Positions 1 through 12,430 are shown, counted from the stretch's first letter. The stretch is 64,000 bases of DNA from Squalus acanthias (GCA_030390025.1 CM059432.1:71054001-71118000), one strand, 5' to 3'. The notes: a model not told the origin generated them from the sequence alone. Made by a program: numbers and translations.

Positions 1-830
1 AACCAGGGCTCTGAGGCTGGAGACATTTGTAGGATCTCACAGATGGTGGCACACAAATGCATAGGCCAGGGCTGCCAATTATGTCAACTTTGCCTGCGAT
101 GACACCAGTCAGAATGAGCGGGTGATTGGGATTGCGGCTCTCGCTGGCTTCCCACAGGTGCAGGGTGTCATCGACTGCACACATGTGGCAGGTAAGGCAC
201 CCCCGCATCACCCAGGAGCACTCGTCAACTGCAAAGGCTTCCACTCCATCAATGTGCAGCTGGTGTGCAACCACAAAAAGATCTTTATGCAGGTGTGGGC
301 AAGATTCCTGGGCAGCTGCCATGATACTTTTGTCCTGTGGCAGTCCACCCTCCCTGATCTCTTCGCACCTGGAAACAGAGTTACCGGCTGGCAACTTGGA
401 GACAAGGGATACCTACTTAAAACATGGCCTCTTAGAAACCCGAGGTATAAGGCCCAAGAGCGATACAATGAATGCCACATCACCACCAGATGTGTCATCG
501 AACAAGCCATCAGCATGCTGAAGATGAACTTCAGGTGCCTGGACAGATCTAGAGGCACCCTTCAGTACGTATCAGCCAGGGTCTCCAGAATGGTCGTGGT
601 GTGCTGTGCTCTGCACAACATTGCGCAACAGCAAGGTTTGGACCTGCAAGAGGAGCAAGGTGCAGAGCGCAGTGCCTCTTCAGACAGTTCCGAGGAGGAG
701 GAGGAGGAGGTGGAGGAGGAGGAGGAGGAGGAAGACAAGGAGGCGGAAGGTGATGCGGCAATGCATCACCAGCAGCGCACATTACTGCCCGGGATGCCTG
801 GGCCCCCTCATTATTGCGTGGTTCACTTAG
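1..830 (+). pseudogene. HARBI1-like DDE transposase, degenerate
   Basis: ORF 122-853 contains [48 protein letters not shown] and CCALHN, plus an acidic tail. The native C-terminus (IIAWFT*, stop at 830) is in another frame. Confidence 0.9.
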
Positions 831-1154
831 GTTCCACCAGTGCACCCATCTAACAACCACATGCAAAAGCCACTTTTGCAGCCCCCCCTCTCCCCCCCAA
901 TGCTGCTAACACAAAGCAGTCCTGAAAATAACCAACCATCCCTTTCACAGCCCCACATTAGTTGCTGTCAATTCATGTCTCCCATTCATCATTGTACAAC
1001 TGAAAAGGCCACTTGCCAGCCAGCAAACAAGAATGGGCAAGAAGGGAAAGTAGTGCAAAAGAATAATATTTATGTGCTTCAAATAGACAAAAGAAACTCA
1101 ACAAGAGAACAACATCACAATGTGCAACACACTCATGTGCATAACCTGGTGCAA

Positions 1155-2959
1155 CTACAAATCTTTACTCTTCCTTTTCCTAGCGCTTCTATGTGGTGCT
1201 ACCCCTGTGGCTTCAGCAGAGGTAGAGGCAGGCCGCTCAGATCCCTGCTCTGACTGTTGAGTTGCTCTTGGCTGATGTCCTCTGGGTTTTGGAGCTCATG
1301 AGGGCCCCTCCAAAGATTGCTCCACCTGCACCTCTGCAGGGGCAGACTCGGCCATCGGGACACAAGGCAGCATGTCGGGTACTGATTGATGTGGAGGCAA
1401 TGGGTGGGAAGTGGATGCGCTTTGAGCCAAGTCCCCACTTCTATGTCCCCTTTCACCATCATCCCTCTCATGGCCCAGCCGCACTTCGCTGCTAGCAATG
1501 AGCTGGAGAACACTTTGCTGCAGATCAGTGGGGCGATGAATGGCCAAGGCTAGGGCATCATTCATACTATTTAAGGTGGCATTCAGAGTGTGCAAGCCAT
1601 TGTTGAAGGCCTGCATGCACTCGTGTGATTGCCGCGTTTAATGCTCTATGCAGGTGGCCACTCTTTCCATGGAAGAAGACAACATCGCAAAAGCCTGCGA
1701 CATCATGCCACTCATACTTGAGACGGACTGCTCCAATCTCTCTGCAATCGTGCACAGTGCGCTTGGAATGCCTACCAGTACATCGCACATTCTCTGCTGC
1801 TGCTCAAGTAGTATCCTGTTCATCGATGGCCCCCGAAGTACTGCCTCTATGTCCAGTTGAGCAGAGCTTGAAGAGTCCTGAGCACTCCGATGTGGACTCT
1901 CCACTGCTGTCCCTGACTCCACCATCCGCTCTTGCTCACTTGTGAAGTGCGAGTCACCAGGTGAAAACCCAATTATCTCTGTAACTGGTCCCACCGAAGT
2001 GAGAGTATCTGAGCTGGTGCATGGTCTGCATTAGTCCTATGATGGCGCACCCTCAGAAGGATTGAGCTCCTCTGAGGAGTCGTCGTCGAGGTCGACCTCG
2101 GCCACCTCCTGATGGATGCGGGAAAGCCCTGTGGGAGATAAAAGACATGAAGGAGTACTGTCAAGGTAAGAATGCTTGAAGTTATCATTATGCACATGAT
2201 CATGTTTCAGTTGCTGTTGACAGCAAGTCAAACTAACTGAGTGTTGTATGCCATGTTGCTGCCTGATATTTACTTCTGTCACCAGGTAGCTGGAATGCCC
2301 CCATCTCTGATGGGCAGGCTCGCCAAGACTCCACTGATCTCCAGTGCCTCCTCCTCAACAGGTGTTAGTTGCAAGATGGTTGGAGGGCCACTTCTGGTTC
2401 TCTGCCTCTCCCTGGTGTTCAATGTTCTCTTCTCCTGGATGGAGGGAAAGAAGACACCTATGAGTGAAAATAATGGCATGTGTTCACCTGATAGATGGGG
2501 AACATTTGTTGAGAGTAACTATGAGGGATAGGCATGACATTGCATAAGGATGAGTGTCAGTGGTGGATGGATAGATGGGGAGGTGAGTAAGTGCATAGAC
2601 AGAGAGGGATGGGTGCACCTGCAAGGTAATTTGGTGTGAGGAGTGATGTGCTGGAGTAGGCTTGCGGGGTTAGGGTGATACACACAGCAGGATATAGGGC
2701 AATGTGCCATTGCTCACATCTTTCCTGCCCTGCTTAGGTCATTGAAGCGCTTCCTGCATTGGATCCAGGAGTGTGGCACCACGGTCCTGCTGCAGAGCTC
2801 CTGGGCAACCTCCAACCACACCTTCTTTGTGTCAGCAGCAGGCTTCTTCCTCCGGTCACTAGTGAAGTGTATCTCCTTCCAGGTCCTTACAGCCCCCAAC
2901 AGCACATCCAGAGAGGTGTCGCTGAAGCAGGGTGCAGCCTTTGCCCATCTTGACTCCAT
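1155..2959 (-). pseudogene. Harbinger Myb/SANT-like DNA-binding gene, 3 exons, degraded
   Basis: Exon 1 (2959 to about 2720) reads APCFSDTSLDVLL...WLEVAQELCS...WIQCRKRFNDL. Exon 2 (about 2435-2283) reads EKRTLNTRERQRTRSGPP. Exon 3 is split across ORFs 1638-1994, 1296-1616 and 1199-1513. Confidence 0.85.
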
Positions 2960-3473
2960 TGCAACTCCAACTGCTTCAAATTGCATGCTTGCAGTATCCC
3001 TTTAAATGCTGTCCTGATTGTGTCATCACGGCCACTGACGCTAATTGGACGGGAAACCCGGAGGTAAAATGAGAAGTAAAATGAGTTAAAAAGCCACTGA
3101 CAGGCGCGCTGCACTTACATCTGGGTTTTTCATAAGCTATCATGTCCCCCCCACACCAGCTCCCAGAGCATCTGCGAATTAAAATCCAGCCCATGCAGTT
3201 CATTTTTAAATTTACCTTTTAAAGGCTGTTTGTTGTAAATATTTCTTTCTTGGTACAAATGCAATTCTCCAAATAAATGTAACCAATTAAAATACAGTTA
3301 TATTTCAGAAATCAGATTACAAGGTTCTTTACAATCAGAATACACAGTGACGTTAGTCAGAGAGATACTCCTCTTTAGTAAACATCAAAACTACTCAAGA
3401 AAGTATTTAAAAAAATGAACGCTGACCATTTATTTCCCAAGGAATACTTAACACCACAGGTACAAGTACCAAT

Positions 3474-4555
3474 TCACAGAACCATAAAAATTTATGGCAC
3501 AGTAGGAGACCATTGTGTCTGTGCCGGCCGAAAAAGAGCTATCTAGCCTAATACCACTTTCAAGCTCTTGATCCGTAGCCTTGTAGGTTACAGCACTTCA
3601 AGTGCATATCCAAGTACTTTATAAATATGGTGAGGGTTTCTGCCTCTATCAACCTTTCAGGCAGTGAGTTCCAGACCCCCACCACCCTCTGGGTGAAAAG
3701 ATTTCTCCTCAACTCCCCTCTAATCCTTTTACCAATTGCTTTAACTCTATGGCCCCTGGTTATTGACCTCCCTGCTAAGGGAAATAGGTCCTTCCCATCC
3801 ACTCTATTTAGACCCCTCATAATTTTATACACCTCAATTAAATCTCCCTTCAGCCGCCTCTGTTCCAAAGAAAACAACACCAGCCTCGTTGCTCATAGCT
3901 AAAATTTTCTAGATCTGGCAACATCCTCGTAAATCTCCGTTGTACCCTCTCTAGTACTCTAGCTGTGGCCTAACTAGTGTTTTATACAGTTCTAGCATAA
4001 CCTCCCTGCTCTTATATTCTATGCCTAGGCTAATAAAGGAAAGTATCCTGTATGCCTTCTTAACTGCCTTATCTACCTGTCCTGCTACTGTCAGGAATCT
4101 GTGTACATGTGCTCCATGGTCCCATTGTTCCTCTACACTGCTCAGTATCCTACCATTTATTGTGTATTCCCTTGCCTTGTTTACCCTCCCCAAATGCATT
4201 ACCTCACACTTCTCTGGATTGAATTCCATTTGCCACTTTTCTGCCCACCTGACCAGTCCATTGATATCATCCTGTATTCTACAGCTTTCTCCCTCACTAT
4301 CAACCACACGGCCAATTTTTGTATCATCTGCAAACTTCTTAATCATGCCCCCTACATTTAAGTCTAAATCATTGATATATACCACAAAAAGCAAGGGATC
4401 TAGTACTGAGCCCTGTGGAACACCACTGGAAACAGCTTTCCAGTCACAAAAACACCCATTGACCATTACCCTTTGCTTCTTGCCACTGAGCCAATTTTGG
4501 ATGCAACTTTCCCTTGGATCCCATGGGCTTTTACTTTTCTGACCAGTCTGGCATG
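3474..4555 (-). mobile_element. CR1 LINE, 5'-truncated (RT C-terminus and 3' UTR)
   Basis: Motifs GVPQGSVL, FADDTK, WQMEFNPEKC and LFSLEQRRLKGDLIEVYKI are present in ORFs 3951-4601 and 3560-3880. Confidence 0.92.
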
Positions 4556-4704
4556 GTGAACAACATGAATGAAAGCAACCCGCAACCCCAAAGCCGGCCA
4601 AGGCAGCAATGAGGGTTGATCTTGCTCTCCAGCCACACCCTGCTCATTGGAGCCTTGAATCTCAGCCTGGAGAGACCTGTGACTACATTTTCCAGCCAAG
4701 GACT

Positions 4705-6571
4705 ATGGAGAGGGTGAGAGAACGAGCTCAGCGCTTCAGCGAGTGGGCCTTGAAGGCGCGGTGGAGCGCAGAAGATCTATACTCTTCCCTGAGAGTGGCA
4801 GGAGGCCTTTGCCGCACGACTACAGAAGAGTGTGGAGGGAGGTGGCCCAGCACGTCTCCTCCAGGAGCATGGTGACCAGGACCCATTGTCAATGTCGCAA
4901 AAGGTTCAACGACCTCACTCGGGTCGTCAGGGTGAGTGGCTTTTTTTCAATACCTCTCCATCCCTCCATTTCCATCTCACTCTATGGCCAGAGGGTCTTA
5001 AAACCCCAATGCCCAACACTCATCCAACACTTAAGGCCCTCTCATGAAACACACATGCGCAGTCCACACCTTGCATACAGTAAGGGCTATTCAACTATGG
5101 AAGGCACATCAGGCAAGACCATGGCTGCTTACATTAAGGGCTATTCAATTATGGGAGGCACATCAGGCAAGACCATGGCTGCTTACATTAAGGGCTATTC
5201 AATTATGGGAGGCACATCAGGCAAGACCATGGCTGTATATTTACTCAGATGCCGTCCATTTTCTTGCAGGCCAAGCTATCTCATAATAGGAGACAGCAGC
5301 AACGGACGGGTGGAGGGCGGCCTCAGCTGCAACCCCTCAGCGATCTTGAGGCGTGCGTCCACAGGATTGTGGCAATCCGGGTGATCGGTCCCGTCGCCAC
5401 TGGAGAGGTCGACCCCGTTCGGGACAGCAATGGTAAGGCCATCAGCTTTCTCTCCTCTCTCATTCCACTTGTCCCTCACAACACCAGCCTTTGACACTTT
5501 CAATCCAACTTACTAAATCGCTGCACTCGTTCCTCCCTTACTGCCTCCCTGTCCTCACGCTAAAGTCACTCTTGTACCTCCCTGCTTTCAGATGGTGATT
5601 CACCAGCTGAGGAGACGGGCCCTCAAGCTGCCAGTGGGAGCGAAGCCGCAGGCGAGGAGGAAGAGGAAGCTGGAGCATCAGCGCCACCCTCTCCCGAGGA
5701 AGCCCATGCCCACACTGGGAACACACCTTCCCTGGAGGGGAGCAAGGGGGAAGGGCCTGATGAGGGTGAAGCTCCGGGACCCAGCGGGCTGCAGCAATGT
5801 GATGTGGTGGCTAGGGAAGCTCGGGGGCCTTCTCCCCAGAGGGAGAGTAGGCCAGCGAGTCCTGCTGCACTGGACGCAGAGGAGGAGCGGCTCATCGCTG
5901 AAATGAACACCCAGGCGGTGGACATGCACACTCAGCTCATGGGTGCAGTGGGAAGGGTGCCCGAATGCATTGATGCACTGGCAAGGAGTGTGCAGCACTT
6001 CGCTGCAGCACAGGCGGATGCCACGCTAATGCTAAGTGCTGCAATTCAGTCACTGGCTGCCATGATCCCATCTCAGACTGGTCTCATGCAGACTCAGATT
6101 GAGGCCACGCAAGCACTGACTGCTGCCATTGTCGCTGGTTCGGACACATTTCCCCGGGGCTCTCACCGCGCCGCAGCAGGCCAGCAATCTGTGCTCCAGC
6201 AGATTGCTCCGGATGCTGAGGAGCTGCCCCGTGGGATCACCAGTGTGTCGGTCGAGCAGGGAGTTGCTGTCCTCTCTCAAGATGACAGCATTCCTGCTGC
6301 CACCACTGTCACTTCCCCATTGCGCTTGCCACCGCCTGTAGCCCAGACTGCTGCTGCCCATGCAGAGTTGGTGCAGTTTGCAGCCGGGGCCTCCAGGCCC
6401 AGAGCTGGTCAAGGGCATCCTTCAAGGGCATCTGCAGTCTCAGGTTCTGACAATCAGCAGCCTTCCACCAGCCTTGCTGCAGCCACTGGGGCCCCATTAC
6501 GGAGGAGCAGTAGGGTGGGAAGGGGGCAAGTGCGCAATGGAAGGAGATCACCCTCGAAGGGCAAAAAGTAG
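4705..6571 (+). pseudogene. Myb/SANT-like gene of H2; exons 4705-4931, 5270-5432, 5592-6571
   Basis: GT-AG boundaries are AGG|GTGAGT, TTGCAG|GCC, ATG|GTAAGG and TTTCAG|AT. Exons 2-3 join in frame into ORF 5804-6571. Exon 1 has a frameshift near 4755 (MERVRERAQRFSEWAL / AVERRRSILFP...QCRKRFNDL). Confidence 0.85.
5081..5240 (+). repeat. 54-bp tandem repeat, 3 copies, in Myb intron 1
   Basis: Unit TAAGGGCTATTCAAYTATGGRAGGCACATCAGGCAAGACCATGGCTGCTTACAT starts at 5081, 5135 and 5189. Confidence 0.95.
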
Positions 6572-6732
6572 GAGGTGTGATGAAATGTTGGTCAATTTTT
6601 TATTAAAGGCCGAGGTTCGTATTCAAACTTTTGTTTAGTGTTTTGGACATTATCTCCAGTTTGTGAGAGCCAGTTATGTTAATGAATGATTTTTTGTGTC
6701 TGTTTCTTTAGTTTGAAGAAATGACACACACA

Positions 6733-7585
6733 GGGCTGGATTTTCAATGACCCGTGGAGTCGGGTTTGGAGGCGGGCGGGGGGGGGGGGGGGTTAAAGTT
6801 GGAGATTTGGGGGTCCCGACCCCATCCCGCCTCCAACCCGCCTCCATGCCAGTTTCTCTGGCGATGGGTACCCGACCTGTGCTGAGACCCGACTCCCCGA
6901 GGCGGGAAGGGATTAGTGACAATTAACTGCCTGTTAACAGGGAGTTAACAGGCAGTTTTTTGCATAATCCCTATTTTAAAAAGAAAAGTGTGGGCTTCCC
7001 GACAGGTGGCAACCACGCCAAGTTATCGGGGCGGGCCGTGGGTCTGCAGGGGTTGGAGGGGTCGATATGTCCGGTGGGCAGGTGAGTGATGGGTGCATGT
7101 GTGCAGAGGTAAGTGTGTAAGGTAAGTGCTAAGTGTTGGAAAAAGTTTTACTTACCTTAACTTCCTCCTGCAGGTGTCAGCCCTTCAGTTCTCGGGAGTT
7201 AGAAATCTCACCGGCACAGAAAGCAGGAAAGCTGTGGTTCTGTCAAAAACTGCAGCCTTCTGTTTTCTGTGGTGGAATGATTTCTAACTCAGCCTGAGAG
7301 GAAGGACTGAAGTTAGAAATCATATTGTGAGTGTTTGACAGCTTCACAGAGCTGTCAAACGCTGATATTTCATCTGTCAAAAGCTCTTGACAGATGAAAT
7401 GTCAGTCTGTGACGTCACCTGTTGCCGGGTGGCCCTTAATTGGCCTGCTGAGCCCACTGGGCGGGCTCAACAAGGTCAATCAAGGGAAAATACAGTGGGT
7501 TGGCCACATCTCGATGGAGGCGGGTTCACAAGCCAGAATGTATGATTCCCGACCCCAACCCGACCCCAGTTTCAAAATCCAGCCC
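6733..7585. mobile_element. Harbinger-type MITE, family M1, inserted in H2
   Basis: 12-bp TIR GGGCTGGATTTT / AAAATCCAGCCC with TSD ACA. The empty site is visible in paralog H4 at about 17900-17926. Confidence 0.93.
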
Positions 7586-7732
7586 ACAGAGTTTGTAAAA
7601 TAAAAAAGTTTTTGTAATCAAAATGTATAGGTTTGGCCTTTGGAATCATTGCTGCCTTGGCCGGCTTTGGGGTTGCGGGTTGCTTTCATTCATGTTGTTC
7701 ACCATGCCAGAAGCCATTTCCTCAGTAGGGGC

Positions 7733-8890
7733 CTAGAAGCGGCTTGTTATGAGCCGTTGACGGACGGCCCTTGCAGTTTGAACATTGTGGGCCTCCCTTC
7801 TGCCTTGGTGCTGCTGCTGATCCTCCTCCTCTTCTTCCTCCTCCTCTTCCTCCTCCTCCTCCGGTGGTGCTCCAAGGCCTGGTGGCATTGGCTGGGTCCT
7901 GAGGATTGCCAGGTTATGAAGCATGCAGCACACAACTATGAAGAGGGAGACTCGCTCAGGTGAGTACTGCAGGGCTCCTCCTGAGTGGTCCAGACAGCGG
8001 AGCCGTTGCTTGAGCACGCCGATCGTCTGCTCAATGATGTTCCTGGTGGCGAGATGGCTCTCATTGTACCGCAGCTCAGCAGGGGTGTTGGGGTTATGGA
8101 GCGGTGCCATCAGCCAGGTGCACAGTGGACAACCCTTGTCCCCGAGGAGCCAACCACTTGGCTGATGCGGTGCCTGGAATAGTTCTGGCACAGCAGTCTG
8201 GCGCAGGTTGAAAGCATCGTGGCTGCTGCCAGGATAGCGGGCATTGACAGCGAGTATCAGCTGTCTGTGGTCACAAACCAACTGGACGTTTAAGGAGTGG
8301 AACCCCTAGCGGTTTCGGAAAACCTCTGCATTCTCATGTGGTGCCCGCAATGTCACATGCGTGCAGTCAATGGCTCCCTGCACCATGGGGAAGCCCGCTA
8401 TCCTCGCAAAGCCCAATGCGCATTCATACTGTTTGGCCCGGGTCATCGGGAAAGAGATGTACTGGCGTCTCCTTTTATAGAGGGCACTTGTGACCTGACG
8501 GATACAGCAATGGACAGCAAACTGGGAGATATTGGCGATGTCCCCAGTAGCTGCTTGAAAGGAGCCACTGGCATTAAAGTTCAGAGCCACTGTGACCTTC
8601 ACTGCCACTGACAGAGACGTCCTGGTCCTCAGTAGAGGCTGCCGATCTGGCTGCAGCAGGTGGCAGAGCTCAGTGACCACCTCCTTGCCGAAGCGCAGTT
8701 GCGCAAACACTGCTCCTCAGACAAATTAATGTAGGAGAATTGTTCCCGGAATACCCTGGGAGGGTAAGGTCTCCTGTGCAGAGGCCTGTTGGCCCTCCTC
8801 TGTCTGGCCATGATTGCCACTCTCTCTCTGCGTCTCTGTTGCCTCCGATTCTGCAGGCGCAGGACAACGCCCCGAATCAGTGCAGCCCCC
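7733..8890 (-). pseudogene. HARBI1-like transposase of H2, disrupted
   Basis: ORFs 8629-8820, 8306-8710 and 7733-8281 together give [49 protein letters not shown] and CCMLHN. There is a frameshift near 8710 and a stop at 8306. Confidence 0.92.
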
Positions 8891-9489
8891 AGAGTCTCTT
8901 GGCAATCGAATTAATGAAGGTCAAATCCAAAAGTACCTGCAAAGTGATGCTCAGTAGCCAAAACTACTTCACACAGCGTTAACTCTATACAGAATTCTCT
9001 CTAGCTCTCTCTCAGAATCTCTCTCTCTGTCAGAATGAGTGGTGCAAAAATATCTACCACAGAAAAAGCCAGGAAGAGGCCGCCTTTAAATAGCGCCGCC
9101 CCAGCCCCTCACCGACTGGGAAACGTTCCAGTCTCCCTGTCGTTGCTTGCAGCAGGCGGAAAGGAGGGGGGTGCCAATCAATATCTGGTCCGGGGCGCCA
9201 CCAGGGCGTTGCACGTTCGACTGATGTCACGATCTGCGGGCGCAGGAGATCGGGGTGGTAAACTTTTGCGCCGCCGCAAAAACTCTAGTCAATTTCGCGA
9301 GCGGCACAAACATCGCTTCGCCCGGGCGCTAGTTACTTTGCGCCTCATTAGTGCCCTCTTAGGGCGCTAACGGGAGGCGCAAACCAACCGAATTTTCCCC
9401 CCAAGCTGCCTTAAAATTAAAGGCTTTGTGACAACTGCTGGGGAAAAAAATCATTGACTTGCATAAGCCAGCAAGTTTACAAGATGGTT

Positions 9490-9900
9490 ACAAATGAACT
9501 AAACATTGAATGTAGAATCCTTTCTGATTCACATAGATAGGCACATGTGCAGTGGAGCACAGAGAACCACATGGATGCAATCTGTAACCTTTGGACCTCC
9601 GGGAGTCCTGCCTTTTCGTGAAATCATGCAGCTCTCTCATGCTGCTGTCAGATGTGTCCACGGGGAAGAAGAGGAATTTGTTTGCTCGAGCACTTGCTTG
9701 ATACATCTATGACTCATGCAATTTAAGGGCCAATGTGACTTTCAAAGCCAGTGGCAGTACTGTGCGATGGAGGAATTTGGCTAAAGGTCACTTTGCATCA
9801 TGTGGCACAAGTCAGTCACGGCCTCCCTTGGGAATCACAGCCGTTACAAGCACTGATCCTCAGAGAGCTGTAGATATGTGTGTTTCAGTCTGTCAATGTG
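9490..9900 (-). pseudogene. Old Harbinger transposase relic
   Basis: The minus strand gives VTDLCHMMQSDL, LPLALKVTLAL and YVNQKGF in fragments. Confidence 0.6.
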
Positions 9901-10200
9901 GCTGTGAGGGTACTGACAGGTTGGTGCAGAGCATCACTGTTGCAACCTGACCAGCCTGACATCCCTCTTCAACCTCCAAACAACACAACAAGGGGGAGAT
10001 TCCTAGAGGGAAGTGCTACTAATTAGATTGTGGGTAGATCTTAACTTTAATGAAGTCAATGGAAATAATAATCGGGAGAGATGTAAAACGGGCTGCTGAC
10101 TTGGCATCACCCATGTTACATTATCGCGCAGTCAAGAAGTCAAGATTTACCCCATTGGGTCAAAATATCACGGGCCCAATAGCTGGAATGAAGTACCTGA

Positions 10201-11686
10201 ACATAGAATCATAGAATCATAGAAGATAGGAGCAGGAGTAGGCCATTCGGCCCCTCTAGCCTGCTCCGCCATTCAATGCAATCATGGCTGATCATCCAAA
10301 TTCAGTAACCTGTCCCTGCTTTCTCCCCATATCCCTTGATCCCTTTAGCCTTAAGAAATATATCCAATTCCTTCTTGAATCTATTTAATGAATTGGCCTC
10401 TACTGCCTTCTGTGGCAGAGAATTCCACAGGTTCACCACTCTCTGGGTGAAGAAATTCCTCCTCATCTCTGTCCTAAATGGCTTACCCCTTATCCTTAGA
10501 CTGTGACCCCTGGTTCTGGACTCCCCGACCATCGGGAACATCCTTCCTGCATCTAGTTTGTCCTGTCCTGTCAGAATTTTATAAGTTTCAATGAGATCCC
10601 CTCTCATTCTTCTAAACTCCAGCGAGTATAAGCCCAATCAACCCAATCTCTCTTCATACGTCATTCCTGCCATCCCAGGTATCAGCCTTGTGAATCTTCG
10701 CTGAACTCCTTCCATGGCAAGAACATCCTTCCTCAGATAAGGCGACCAAAACTGCACACAGTACTCAAGGTGTGGTCTCACCAAGGCCCTGTACAACTGC
10801 AGCAAGATATCCTTGTTCCTGTACTCAAACCCTCTCGCTATGAAGGCCAACATACCATTTGCTGCCTTAACCGCCTGCTGCACCTGCATGCTTACCTTCA
10901 GCGACTGGTGCACAAGGACACCCAGGTCTCGTTGCACTTCCCCTTCTCCCAATCTATTGCCATTCAGATAATAATCTGCCTTTCTGTTTTTGACACCAAA
11001 GTGGATAACCTCGCATTTATCCATGTTATATTGCATCTGCCACGCTTCTGCCCAATCACCCAACCTGTCCAAATCATCCTGGAGTTTCTCGGCATCCTCC
11101 TCGCAGCACACACGCCCACCCAGCTTTGTGTCGTCTGCAAACTTGGAGATATTACATCTAGTTCCCTTGTCTAGATCATTAATATATATTGTGAATAGCT
11201 GGGGTCTAAGGACCGATCCCTGCGGTACCCCACTAGTCACTGCCTACCACTCAGAAAAAGACCCGTTTATTCCAACTCTTTGCTTTCTGTCTGCCAACCA
11301 GTTCTCTATCCAAGTCAATACCTTGCCCCCAATCCCATGTGCCTTAACTTTACATGCTAATCTCTTATGCGGGACCTTATTGAAAGCCTTTTGGAAGTCC
11401 AAATACACCACATCCACTGGTTCTCCCTTATCTATTTTACCAGTTACATCCTCAAAAAATTCCAGTAGATTAGTCAAGCATGATTTACCTTTTGTAAATC
11501 CATGTTGACTTTGTCCGATCCTGTCACTGTTTTCCAAGTGCTCTGCTATTACATCTTTTATGATGGACTCTATCATTTTCCCCACTACCGATGTCAGGCT
11601 TACCGGTCTGTAATTCCCCGTTTTCTCTCTACCACCCTTTTTGAATAGTGGGGTAACATTAGCTACCCTCCAATCCATGGGTACTG
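10201..11686 (-). mobile_element. CR1 LINE, 5'-truncated
   Basis: Motifs NYRPVSLTS, YLDFQKAF, GVPQGSVL, FADDTK and SLEFRRMRGDLIETYKI; short tandem tail (CATAGAAT)n at 10203-10222. Confidence 0.95.
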
Positions 11687-11859
11687 TGAAAAGAAGAAAA
11701 GAAGACCGAAAAATAAAAGTTGAATAATGGGGTGTACATTTTTCTTTCAGTATGCAGCTACAACTTCTTAAAAGCACTCCCATCAACAGCTCAGGCTTTA
11801 ACGACTGTGGACATCCATTTTACACGAGTGTGTTGATGAAATAGCAATACCTTGGGTAA

Positions 11860-12430
11860 AGAAAGACTTGCATTTATATTGGTGACCTAATAAAGGTCTT
11901 TAAAATGATGAAGGTGTTCAATAGGGTAGATGTAGAGAAGATATTTCCACTTGTGCGAGAGTCCAACATTAGGGGCCATAAATATAAGATAGTCACTAAT
12001 AAAATCTAATAAGGAATTCAGGAGAAACTTCTTTACTCGGAGAGTGGTGAGAATGTGAAACTTGCTACTGCATGAAGTGGTTGAGGTGAATAGCATAGAT
12101 GCATCACAGGGGCAGCTCGATAAGTACAGGAGGGAGAAAGGAGTATATTGATAGGGGGAGATGAAGTAAATAGAGTGGGAGGAGGCTCGTGTGGAGCATA
12201 AACACTAGCATAGACTGATTGGGCCAAATGGCTTGCTTCTGTGCCATGGGATCTTTTACATCCACCTGGGAGAGGAGATGGGGCCTCGGTTTAACGTTTC
12301 ATCTGAAAGTGCAGCACACCCTCAGTACTGCACTGGAGTGTCAGCCTAGCTTTTGTGCTCAAGTTTCAGGAGTGAGACTTGAACCCACAACCTTCTGAGT
12401 CAGAACCCGCTGAGCCACGGCTAACACCTT
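11860..12430 (-). mobile_element. tRNA-derived Deu-domain SINE (SacSINE1/AmnSINE-like), interrupted by a CR1 3' fragment (+, about 11881-12243)
   Basis: The minus strand has box A TGGCTCAG and box B GGTTCAAGTC, and the central motif CAGTGCAGTACTGAGGG...GGTGGATGTAAAAGATCCCATGGCAC. An L2-like tail lies at 11862-11879. Confidence 0.75.

Larger units (their letters stand above)
1..3192. mobile_element. PIF/Harbinger DNA transposon H1 (left end lies outside the window)
   Basis: A HARBI1-like transposase on + converges with a Myb/SANT-like gene on -. The right terminus AAAATCCAGCCC (3181-3192) is the reverse complement of the GGGCTGGATTTT TIR seen at 6733 and 26891. Confidence 0.85.
4612..9402. 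mobile_element. PIF/Harbinger transposon H2 (Myb on +, transposase on -), left TIR lost
   Basis: Right TIR CCGAATTTTCCCCCC ends at 9402. The element is collinear, in inverted orientation, with H4 (16128-19652). Confidence 0.9.

Noticed and set aside
122..853. Host HARBI1 gene
   Set aside because: It is paired with a Myb gene inside TIR-bounded multi-copy elements and is degenerate, so it is a transposon copy rather than the domesticated gene.
5081..5240. CRISPR-like array
   Set aside because: The units are head-to-tail with no unique spacers, the context is a eukaryotic intron, and there are no cas genes.
12355..12430. tRNA gene
   Set aside because: The A/B boxes belong to a SINE head with an internal deletion, and no complete cloverleaf can be drawn.
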